The notes under the pieces were generated by a model. It had not been told where the DNA came from and did no database searches. It saw nothing but the letters and a program-made list of their open reading frames with translations. The translations under genes and the position numbers were made by a program. A stretch of DNA of 63,211 nucleotides, counting the filler, from Reclinomonas americana ATCC 50394 (Eukaryota), in the NCBI GenBank assembly GCA_048213135.1. It is 56 parts of 56 records of this genome, joined end to end, with 100 filler letters (N's around TTAATTAATTAA, not from the genome) between each part and the next. Parts side by side here need not be neighbours in the genome. Positions count along the whole stretch, not along the records: positions 50,926 to 51,953 come from AFZH01026790.1; positions 52,054 to 53,080 come from AFZH01026791.1; positions 53,181 to 54,208 come from AFZH01026792.1; positions 54,309 to 55,334 come from AFZH01026793.1; positions 55,435 to 56,460 come from AFZH01026794.1; positions 56,561 to 57,584 come from AFZH01026795.1; positions 57,685 to 58,710 come from AFZH01026796.1; positions 58,811 to 59,836 come from AFZH01026797.1; 48 more parts are not named here. The stretch is one strand, 5' to 3'. Positions 51,020 to 61,106 of this stretch are shown one piece after another. How positions within the stretch are numbered: position 1 is the first letter of the stretch; each line of letters begins with the position of its first letter.

Positions 51020-51953
51020 ACACACCGCATTCGAAGACAGCACCGCTGCTGCAGAGTCGCCGCTGGTGGACAAGTCGAAAAAGTTGGCTGCATGACGACG
51101 ACCGCGGGTTAGAGACATGTAAGATGCTCTAAACATGAGGGCGACGCAACTTCCCGTCAGAGAGACAAGTTGCCACGATCGCCGGTGGATGGTAGTCGGC
51201 GACACTGCTGAAACAGTCATTGTGGCTGTATGACCCGCACCCAACACAGTCGTCAGTGACCACAAGGAAGAAATGGTGGTACCCTTCGCTGCGCCCGTCA
51301 CTCACCTCGAGCAGTGATCAACGGCTGCGCCTGTTCGATAAACGAGCTTGCGGACACTGGCATGTGACACACGGCCATGGGTGCCATCAACGCTCCCGTG
51401 CCAGCAGTGACACTTGCCACAGTCAACGCTCCACTCGCCACACTCTTGGCGCCGATGCTGATGAGCGAGGTCGCCACAGCACTGCAGTCGCTCGCCGGTA
51501 CAGTGCACGTTAGAGAGGAGCTCGACAGGAACGTGCTGCGCTCCGCCATGTAGTTATTTAACACCTGCGCCGACGTCAACGTGCTGCTGTGGATACGCAG
51601 CCGAGCGATTGTCAGCGTGCCACGCCGAGCCGCTTCCGGACTTGCGTCGCCGTTGTACTGCGACGCGAGAGTGATGGGTGTGGACGCGGAGATATTGGGG
51701 TTCTTGATTCCCGAATTCGACAAAAATCCGTCAGCATACACACGCTCTGTTGTCCCATCCGATGTAAACACCAAGTGGTGCCACGTGCCGGCCGCGGGCA
51801 CTGGTGATCCCCACGGCATGTCATCATTAAAATGAACAACTGCGCCCCACACAATATGGCTGCCGTAATAAAATGCAAAATTTTGCGAGTTGGTACGAAC
51901 TCCCCACGCGACGATTGTTTCCTCCGACGCCACAGCTGGATTCAACACCCACG
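51020..51953 (-). CDS. LamG/ConA-like jelly-roll plus IPT/TIG domain surface protein, intron-containing fragment
   Basis: GTWHHLVFTSDG..RVYADG and LRIH...LT..QV..NY; after a GTGAGT intron, VSAVSPTT...VSLTG|TNF (IPT motif completed by removing intron 51088-51150). Confidence 0.8.
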
Positions 51954-52142
51954 NNNNNNNNNNNNNNNNNNNNNNNNNNNNNNNNNNNNNNNNNNNNTTA
52001 ATTAATTAANNNNNNNNNNNNNNNNNNNNNNNNNNNNNNNNNNNNNNNNNNNNGATCAAAGTGAAAATGTTCCGCGCGCGCCACAGACGACTCAACTCGC
52101 GGCGGCGCTGTTGGTCTCGCTGCCGGTACGCCTCCTCGTCCC

Positions 52143-52437
52143 TAAACAGAGAGAGAGAGATGGAAAGAGAGTGTGTGTGAGTAAGTCATGATTGATGTAA
52201 TAATGGAAAAATAAAAGCGCGCACGCAACAGCCGCAGAACCTGCAGTGGGAGGCGCAGGCGGAAGCACCTTGGCTGCGCGCGTGCACACACGCACACCGA
52301 GTGAGCGTGAGTGTGAAAGATGAAAGTCACTCCTCCAGTCATGACACGCAACTGCGATCACCCGACGCATTGACGCCAAACGCGCGCAACTTGGCCTCCG
52401 CCTTGCGGATCTCCTCATCCATCTCACGATTGCTCAT
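52143..52437 (-). CDS. 5' exons of a hypothetical protein
   Basis: MSNREMDEEIRKAEAKLRAFGVNASGDR|TKVLPPAPPTA; intron 52274-52352 (GTTGCGT...CAG). Confidence 0.55.
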
Positions 52438-52551
52438 GGCGACAACAACAAACAAGCACCCCGAAACCACTTTGGTCGAGAATCCATCCACGAAGTTCAA
52501 CTCGGCATCAGTCGATCCATGCCCGCACACTTTGGTCGTCTCGTTTTCATC

Positions 52552-53080
52552 ATGAGCGATGCGCGTCTGCGTGCGCTTCTGCATCAGTGGGTGGCGTCGC
52601 TGGTGAGTGTGCAAGTCGACGGCGGAGAGGGCGACTTTGTGCACGAGTCGCGCAGTGGAGGCGCTGCGTTGCTGGTGCGCGTGTGCAGACGCGTGGATGG
52701 CGAGCTGTTGGTGCAGGCGGTGGATTGTGTGGAGGAGCCAGTCACTAATGCAGGTGCGTGTGCGTGTGCGTGACTTGCTCTCGTTGGCGCGCGCTCACGT
52801 GTGCACAGATCGCATGTTGAATGTGCGTGAGGTGACGGTGCATTTGCGGAAGCGTTGGGGTGATGCAGTCGACACGCGCGCGCTGTGCACGTTGCGTTTG
52901 CATGCGCACATGCACGCATGCATGCACGTGTCATCATTCTCATGTGTGTGTGTGCCGTGCAGGCCGGAGGAGTTTTATGGTGCCGATGAGCCCGTGGTTC
53001 GCTTGTATTACGAGATCTTTCGGCTGTACTTTCTGTTGCCTGCTGAGGTGGAGTGGCACCATCCCCCCCTCGTTCGCCCC
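52552..53080 (+). CDS. 5' exons of a hypothetical protein with a probable 7-nt micro-exon
   Basis: MSDARLRALLHQW...TNA|DRM|PEEFYGADEPVVRLYYEIFRLYF; introns 52754-52808 and 52816-52962. Confidence 0.5.
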
Positions 53081-53252
53081 NNNNNNNNNNNNNNNNNNNN
53101 NNNNNNNNNNNNNNNNNNNNNNNNTTAATTAATTAANNNNNNNNNNNNNNNNNNNNNNNNNNNNNNNNNNNNNNNNNNNNCCCTTCCCCTCCCCCTTCCC
53201 TTCATCCCCCTTCCCCCTTCTCCTCACCACCTTCACCTTGCCACCCCCACAG

Positions 53253-54208
53253 CCACCGGCCTCGCGTTCACCCCCACCCACTTTGTGGGCATGGACGAGC
53301 GCGAGCACGAACAGCCAGCAGGCGGCAAACCGAGACAACGCGTGCGTGCGGGCGGTGCCGGCGACGCCGCCGTCAACTTGGACGCGCCGTTTATTGTGGT
53401 GACCGAGGTCGGCCACGTCTACAAGGCCTCGGTCGACGTGGCCGCCTCGCATGCCGCCGCTGCGGCCAGTGGTGAGCGCATGCCTCTCGGCTTCTCATGT
53501 GTGTCGTCGTACGCGGCGCACGGTGGACCGGCCACCGCGGCCAGTTACTCGCCGTTCCATCGCAATCTGTTTGTGACGGCGTCGTCGGATGGTTCGGTGC
53601 ATGTGCACAGCGCGCTGCAGGCGCGCCCTGTGCTCGTGCTGGAGCCGGCCTCGGGCAGTAGCGGTCTCCTGTCGGTGCAATGGTCGCCAACAAGAGCGTC
53701 GGTGCTGGCCGCCACCGCCTCGGATGGCTCCACGTATGTATACGATCTGGCGGTGAGCAAAGGAAACGGGAAACAGAATGTGTGTGAGGCGGAAAAAACT
53801 CAACCACGTGCGTGTGTGTGTGTGTGTGTGTGCAGGATGAGGCAAACGCCCATGCGCCGTGCGATACACTATTGTGGGATGACCGCGCACACCCCGAAGA
53901 AGTCGGTGCGAGTGGCACGGAGGAGGGGAGTGCCGATGATCGTGGTCCTGATGGTTCATCGTCGTCGTCAAGTGCCGCTCCCTCGCGATCATCTGCCGCC
54001 GCCGGCGCCGGATCCTCGTCGTCGACAACTGCTGCTGCAGCGCGGCGCAAGGGACGTGGTGTGGGTGTGGGTACAGAGCAGGCGGAGGTGGCCGGTGCGG
54101 ACTCGGGCGCGGCATCGTCGGTGCGCTTCAATCCCAAACACGGCGAGTGGCTGGCCACCGTGTACGCCAAGCAGGCCGCCGTCAAAGTGTGGCGTCTGTC
54201 CACGCGCT
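53253..54208 (+). CDS. WDR34: Dynein-2 intermediate chain WDR34/FAP133 (WD40), partial
   Basis: HGGP.....SPFHRNLF.TAS.DG.VH..S.LQA.P, V.WSPTR..V.A, YDL; GTGAGC intron about 53753-53835. Confidence 0.85.
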
Positions 54209-54308
54209 NNNNNNNNNNNNNNNNNNNNNNNNNNNNNNNNNNNNNNNNNNNNTTAATTAATTAANNNNNNNNNNNNNNNNNNNNNNNNNNNNNNNNNNNN
54301 NNNNNNNN

Positions 54309-55334
54309 TTCCACCGCTGACGAACCCGGAGGCGCTGACAGAGTTGCCGAGAACGGCACCTTGCGCGGTAATCACATTGCCAGTGATTGTGCCGGCTGCG
54401 CTGATTGCGTCGCTGCTGAGCACTGCTGATTGCGCACTAATCGTGCCGCCATTCAGGAGTCCCGACGTCGACAGACTACCGCCACTGACGACGCCTGACG
54501 AGCTCACACTGAGCGAGGTGAGGCTGCCCGTAGCAGTCACCGTGCTGCTCACAATGACAGAGCCGGCCGACACGGCGCCACCAGTGTTGACGCCAGTACC
54601 AGAAATGAGGCCGGCCGATGAGAACGCGCCTCCACTTGTCAGAGTGGCGGCAACCAACGATCCAGCCGTACTAATACTGCCCGCCAGCAGCGAACCACCT
54701 GTGGTTACACTGCCGCCAGAAATGAGGCCAGGTGCGCTAATTGTGCCGTTGGACAGCAGGCTGCCGGCAGTGAGCGCACCAGCGGCCGAAACCGTGCCAC
54801 TGGTCACGACACTACCACTAGTCAGCGAGCCGGCTGCCGCCAACGTGCCAGCAGTAGAAAAACTCCCGCCAATCACGGTACCCAGTGCCGCAATGGAACC
54901 CGCGGTTGTTAGGCTACCGGCCGAGATGAGACCGACTGTGGAAACCGCATTCGCTTGGACAGCCCCCACTGTACTGATGGAGGTGAGACTCACAATGGCA
55001 CCAGCCGCGGAGACAGTGCCAGCGGTGCTCAGATTGGCGCCACTGATCAGACCGCCCGTGACAAGGGTTCCGGCAGTCGACAGACTGCCACCATCAATGA
55101 GCCCAAGCACGAAGAGATTTCCGGCCGTGGAGAAACTGCCGCCAGTCACGACCGCCGATGTTGTAATCTGGCCAGCCACCGACAAACTGGCTCCCGTGAT
55201 GAGACCCGTCACCGTGATGTTGCCGCCAAACGAGGCGTTGTTGGTGACTGATGCCGAAGACATTTGCGCCGCGCCACCAACTGTGAGCGAACCGAGTGCA
55301 GAAACACTTCCACCCACAAGGATACTGGTGGAGG
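54309..55334 (-). CDS. Gly/Ser/Thr/Ala-rich solenoid-repeat protein fragment, intronless
   Basis: About 20 imperfect repeats of roughly 11-17 aa, consensus (I/V)SGGSLSTAGxLxAxG; open across the whole contig. Confidence 0.75.
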
Positions 55335-55434
55335 NNNNNNNNNNNNNNNNNNNNNNNNNNNNNNNNNNNNNNNNNNNNTTAATTAATTAANNNNNNNNNN
55401 NNNNNNNNNNNNNNNNNNNNNNNNNNNNNNNNNN

Positions 55435-56457
55435 ACGATCAAACTTCTCGCGTGCCAAGCCCATCAGCATTGACACCTCCTCGGCCGAGCGCTTGAAATT
55501 CTCAATCGAAAACGCGTACACGGTGATGGCCTCGACGCCCAGCTGCAGGCACCACTCCAGCGCCTGTCGAATGCGCGCATGAGACCAAGCGGAAGGAGAT
55601 GGAGCGTGAGAGAGCAACCCCACCTGTTCCAGTGTCTTGTACCCAAACTTGTGACCGGCTGTCCGCGACATGTGACGCATTTCAGCCCACCGACGATTCC
55701 CATCCATGATGAACGCAATGTGGCGTGGAATCGGACTGCGTGGAGAGAGATAGAGAGAGGTGAGACACTCGACACAGTGCGTGAGAAGGGGCAAGGGACA
55801 CACGCACCCACACATCAACACACGACGACAGAGCCACGATAGCGCCCACTGCGCATACATGGCCAACCACACCAGCAAGGCCAGTACACGCGACATGCCA
55901 GGCGTGGAGGACACCTGTTCCCACACTGCACGCATGATTCGCCACAACATTGCAAGCACTCCACGGTGCGGCTTCTTCTTCTGCTGCTTGCCCTCTTCTT
56001 CTTCCTCTTCTTCCTCGTCCTCGTCCTCCTCCTCCCTCTCTTCTCCACTGTGCGCAGTGGCAGCAGTGGTCGAGTGAGGAGGCGGGGGAGGCGGTGGAGG
56101 CGGAGTTGGGTCGTCCTCCAGCAAGTACTCTGCGGCCTCGTCGCCTGTCAGACTCCATGTGTCGGAGGAGGAGGCCGAGGCAGTGCTGTTGGCCGTCTCG
56201 GTGACGTAAAAGGCGGCGGCAGAGGGCTCGGGCGTGGGGAGGGTGGTGTCCTCGGAGGATTGCTGTGCTTGTTGTTGTTGTTGTTGTGAGGGTGGTTGGT
56301 GTATGGGTTGTTGGTGTGGTGTGCCGGTGACGAGCATCAGCACGAGCAGTGAGACGAGCAGCGAGGTGCCCCAGAGTGGGAGAGAGCCGAGTCGGTTCTC
56401 CATGTGCGTGATGCACTGATGCGGTGATGAGTTGTCGGACATCGCTCGCGGCTCCAT
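55435..56457 (-). CDS. DHDDS: cis-prenyltransferase (dehydrodolichyl diphosphate synthase-like), 5' part, 2 introns
   Basis: [21 protein letters not shown]...[27 protein letters not shown]. Confidence 0.92.
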
Positions 56458-56789
56458 TGANNNNNNNNNNNNNNNNNNNNNNNNNNNNNNNNNNNNNNNN
56501 NNNNTTAATTAATTAANNNNNNNNNNNNNNNNNNNNNNNNNNNNNNNNNNNNNNNNNNNNCCCTTTCAGTTTCCTCGCTCTTTCGTTCTTGAAGACTCTC
56601 AATGTCTGCTGCTGCTCCTCCTGCTGCTCCTGCTGCTGGTAGCGCTTCGGCGCCTGCTCATGGGGTGAGTTGAAGTTGCTCATCATAAAGTGTGTGTGTC
56701 GGTGTGTGTGCGTGTGTGTGGCACAGGAGGGCGCATGCGTCTGAGTGTGCGCTTCGATGATGCGTGCGCGAGTGAGTGTGAGCGTGACT

Positions 56790-57584
56790 TGAACAGCAAG
56801 ATCCGTGTCGCGCGTCGCAATCGGTCGCCAAGCAACTTGTTCATGCATCTGTTTGTGCGGGAGCGGCCAAACCGTCCAGTGTACATGGATGTGCTACGCA
56901 AGGCAATGGCCGCGAACAAGAACTTACGACCGTTTTGGCCGCAGGCGGAGTCAGTGATGGAGGTGGATTCGCCGAGCGCAGCGGTTGCGTGACTTGTCTC
57001 TCTTTGTCTCTCTCTCTCTCTCTCTTCTCTGATTACTGTAACATGCACGCAGTTTCTGGCTCTGTCTCGCCCGCTCGAGAACTTGCTCAACACGGCAAAC
57101 GCCAGTCAGTCGCAGACGGTCCAGGTGGGCGCCACCAGACTCAGTGAGCTGCTCGGCACACTGCGAACTGTGAAGGGACAGGTAAGACCAGTGAGGAATG
57201 CGATTTTCGGGGACTTGCTTACTGTACACGGGGGGTGAGGTGTAGACGGAGCACATACGTCGCGAGTCGGCCGCCCAAGCGCGTGAACTGCGCGATAAAT
57301 CGGAGTCGCTGGAACGAGAGCATTGGCGGAGCGCCAGCGTGCTGCCGTGGCGGTGGAAGCAGAGCGCAAGCGTGCCGCTGAGGCAGTGCAAGATCTGAAT
57401 GAGGAGCGCAAGCGTGCTGCCGTGGCGGTGGAAGCGGAGCGCAAGCGTGCCGCTGAGGCAGTGCAAGATCTGAATGAGGAGCGCAAGCGTGCCACTGAGG
57501 CGGTGGAAGCGGAGCGCAAGCGTGCCGCTGAGGCAGTGCAAGATCTGAAGGAGGAGCGCAAGCGTGCCACTGAGGCGGTGGAAG
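56790..57584 (+). CDS. Coiled-coil protein with 25-aa (75-nt) tandem repeats, intron-containing
   Basis: AVEAERKRAAEAVQDLNEERKRA(A/T)(V/E) repeated more than 3 times from 57340; upstream intron 56984-57052. Confidence 0.65.
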
Positions 57585-57705
57585 NNNNNNNNNNNNNNNN
57601 NNNNNNNNNNNNNNNNNNNNNNNNNNNNTTAATTAATTAANNNNNNNNNNNNNNNNNNNNNNNNNNNNNNNNNNNNNNNNNNNNCTCCTTCTTCTTCTTC
57701 TTCTC

Positions 57706-57746
<41 letters not shown>

Positions 57747-58810
57747 CACACACTCACCAAGAAGCGAATGTCGACCGATCCACCATACGAGCTGCCTGTT
57801 GCCATTGAGCCAGATGTTGTGAGCGACAGAGCAACACATGTTTCCTCTTTCTTCCTCTGACTGAACTCACCGCTGAGCGGCACCACCATGCACGTTCCGT
57901 GCAACACATCATCTGCATCAGTAGACACGCACGCAAACACAGTTTGACTTCTTCTCTCCACCACCACCACGAAGGAAGCATTCAGCAGGACTGTGTCGCT
58001 CTCACCTCCATGCACCGCCGCCGCAGCTGCGCGAGTGAAGAAGAAGAGTGTGTCAGTCAAGGGGGTCTTTGATGCACATGGCGCACAAAAGCGACGACAA
58101 CGACGAATGCAGAGAAGAAAAAGAACAGAGAGGTCATTACCCGCTCACCAAAGCACAGCACCACAGCCACAACCAGAATCACAAAGCGAGGCGACATTCT
58201 CTCTCTTGAGCACACAAAAAGCACAATGATCGGAAAATTCAATCTGTCCTCACTCTCGGCACACACTCTTCCCCTCTTCGTTCTCTCCTCTCTCCCTCAC
58301 CCTCCACGCACAAGTGTTCCACATCCCTGGATCGACAACGCTGAGGACAACAAGCTCGCCGACGAACAGTGTGCCCAGAGCGATGGCCAGCACGCGCAGC
58401 ACCAGCTCGACGAACCGGTCTCGATCGCGCGCCATGTGTGACGAGCACACAAGCACACACGCGCGCGACGAGGACGACGAGGAGGGGAAAAAAGGAATTT
58501 CGACCGTTTCAATCAATTTTCGCGGGAATTGACGAGAAAAGACAACACACGATGAGTCGGGAGACGACGTCGCCGGTGGGAGCGAGTGTGCTTAGTGGCG
58601 GGCAGCCGCTGTTTCTGCCGTCGGGGTCGGTGGATCACTCGAATAACTTTCGGGTGTTTCATCGGTGAGGGAAGGGAGAAGATGTGGGAGAAGGGGAGAA
58701 AAGGGAGAGGNNNNNNNNNNNNNNNNNNNNNNNNNNNNNNNNNNNNNNNNNNNNTTAATTAATTAANNNNNNNNNNNNNNNNNNNNNNNNNNNNNNNNNN
58801 NNNNNNNNNN

Positions 58811-59836
58811 GCTACTAATGGGCCTGTTCTACATTGCCACCATCATCCTGTCGCTGGTCACTGGCGTCATTTTCGGCGTCACCGGTCGCAAGATTGTGAT
58901 GCGTCTGCGCATCACCCTCATGCGCAACTACTTGGCGCAGAGTATGGCGTTCTTCGACTCGAAATCGGTCGGCGAGCTGCTTTCCCGCATGTTGCGTCTC
59001 TTGCCTTTCTCTCTCTCTTTTCTTCATTCCGGTCCCACTCACATCGCGTCTTCCGCGTGCGCAGCTCCGTTGATGTGGCACAGCTGCAGACCATTACCAC
59101 GACGTTCTCCAATCTGCTGACCATTGTGGCGACAGTCATCATCTCCATCATCTGGATGATCAAGTACAGTGTCATCATGAGCGCCATTGTGCTGGCCACC
59201 ACCCCGTTCCTCGTCGCCTTTTCGCTGTTCTTCGGCAATCTCATCCGCAAGAAGACCACGCTCGCCTATGATGTGCGTGGAGCCAAATCCTCTCTCATGG
59301 CCAAGTGTGTCGCATGCACTCATGCTCCCTTGTTTCGCACGCAGGTGTTGGCCGAGCAACAGCAGGTGGCCAACGAAGTTCTCACTAACATCCGCACCGT
59401 GCGTGCCTACGACCAGGAGCGTCGTGAGGGCAACCGATACATGGCCGTGACAGTGCGAGTGTATCGCATCGGTTTGACGCTTGTCGCATACTCGCAGGTT
59501 TGCTTGCTTTCTCTCCCTTTCTCTCGTTTCCTCCTCGTCGCTCACTGCCATGCACAGATCTACGGCCTGTGTGTGCTGGTCGTCTCGTACGCCGCCACGC
59601 TGTTGGTGTTCTACTTTGGCGCCCAAGAAGTCATTCAGTCCAATCTGCAGTACGGCGACTTGCTGGCCTTTATCAGTTACGCACACGCGCACACGTGCAC
59701 CCATGTGTGCAACCTTTCTTGCTCACATCTCTCACTTTTTTGCCAACAGCCTACGCCGGCAAAATCTCGGCGGCCGTCAAGGGTCTCTCGCAAATGTACA
59801 CGTCCCTCATGAAGACTGTTGGCGGAACGCAGGTGC
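58811..59836 (+). CDS. ABCB-family ABC transporter transmembrane domain, partial, 4 introns
   Basis: G.KIV.RLR..L...L.Q...FFD...GELLSRI..D, ANEVL.NIRTVRAY..E, L.FYFGA..V......GDLLAFI.Y. Introns include 58991-59064 and 59676-59749. Confidence 0.93.
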
Positions 59837-60024
59837 NNNNNNNNNNNNNNNNNNNNNNNNNNNNNNNNNNNNNNNNNNNNTTAATTAATTAANNNNNNNN
59901 NNNNNNNNNNNNNNNNNNNNNNNNNNNNNNNNNNNNGACCGCGGCCGAGAGCTTTTGGCAGGAATCGGCATCTGAGAGGACGGTCGGGCGAAGCGTCAGC
60001 TGGAGCGGCTGCATCGGCCGGCCC

Positions 60025-60546
60025 TCAGCGACAGAATTCGGCGCAGCCGGACTGCCAGAACGGCGCCTGTCCATCAAGCGCCGGTACCGAGGGACGCGGC
60101 TTGGCGCCCGGCAGATCGCTGGGCACCGGCACGACCAGCTCCCACCAGCGATGGGCGCATTGCGAGCGGAAAGCCATCTGGTCGCTGATCGAGGTGTTCT
60201 CGCGGGCCAGCACCGCATCGAGCGCATCGCAGGCGCGGCGGAGCGCGGCGTCATTCGCGTCGGCGGGCTCGTTGGCGTAATCATGGAAGGCCGCTGTGAA
60301 GGCCTCCATCTCGCGGGCGATATGCGGCCAGTCCTGACGGCCGAGATTCCAGGCGTCCATCCATTCGCGTACCACCGTCTCGACCGCCTCGGCCTTGGGC
60401 TTGCCGGCGACCTTGCGGGCGGTGGTCAGCATATGGCGCATCAGTTCGGCGCGGGCATGGAGCTGGCGGGCGGCGAGCGCGGCCGTCTGCATCGCCAGAA
60501 TCGCGCGCTCGGCCTCGAGCTGCAGCTCCTCGACGAAATGGGCCAT
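60025..60546 (-). CDS. Bacterial hypothetical protein, complete
   Basis: GGAGG ribosome-binding site before the ATG; operonic position between a nucleoside hydrolase and a further ATG at 60014. Confidence 0.8.
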   Translation of the reverse strand: MAHFVEELQLEAERAILAMQTAALAARQLHARAELMRHMLTTARKVAGKPKAEAVETVVREWMDAWNLGRQDWPHIAREMEAFTAAFHDYANEPADANDAALRRACDALDAVLARENTSISDQMAFRSQCAHRWWELVVPVPSDLPGAKPRPSVPALDGQAPFWQSGCAEFCR

Positions 60547-60558
60547 TTCCGCCTCCGA

Positions 60559-60961
60559 TCACGGCAATGTCGCGAGCCGGTCGAACAGGCGCTGGAACAG
60601 CGCGTCCGCCTCGACGCTCGCGACGACATGGGCATTGGCCGGCCGCTTGAGCCGGCCGTTCCAGTCGATGGTGGTGCGCCCCCGCAAGGGGCCGTCGCCA
60701 GTCTCGACCTCGACGAAACAGTCGCGACCCGAAAAGAGTTCCGGCCAGAGCAGGAAGGCGATCACGCAGGGGTCGTGCATGGGATGGCCGGCGGTGCCGA
60801 GCCCGCCGGGGCGCGGACGGGTCAGCATGCCATGGACCGCCCTGCCGGTCGCGTTGCCGAACGAGAGCAGGCGCGCGACCTGTTCATGCGAAGCGATCGC
60901 CTGATGGGTGACGCCGAGCCCGAACATCACGATTGGCCGGCCGCAGCCGAAGACGATCGCG
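60559..60961 (-). CDS. Bacterial inosine/uridine-preferring nucleoside hydrolase, C-terminus
   Basis: M.GL.VTHQ, MHDPCVIAFLLWPELF, VEVE..G...GRT..D. Confidence 0.9.
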
Positions 60962-61106
60962 NNNNNNNNNNNNNNNNNNNNNNNNNNNNNNNNNNNNNNN
61001 NNNNNTTAATTAATTAANNNNNNNNNNNNNNNNNNNNNNNNNNNNNNNNNNNNNNNNNNNNCTCTCTCTCTCTCCTTCTCTCTCAACTGCTCCCACCACG
61101 AACCGA

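Noticed and set aside
54344..55390. 348-aa plus-strand ORF as an overlapping gene
   Set aside because: Antisense shadow of the repetitive minus-strand gene.
58990..59065. Non-canonical TT-start introns (cut after the G of GTTGCGT)
   Set aside because: Keeping frame would need the 3' cut one base past AG, where the base varies (C, A, G, T) across examples; GT...AG fits all of them.
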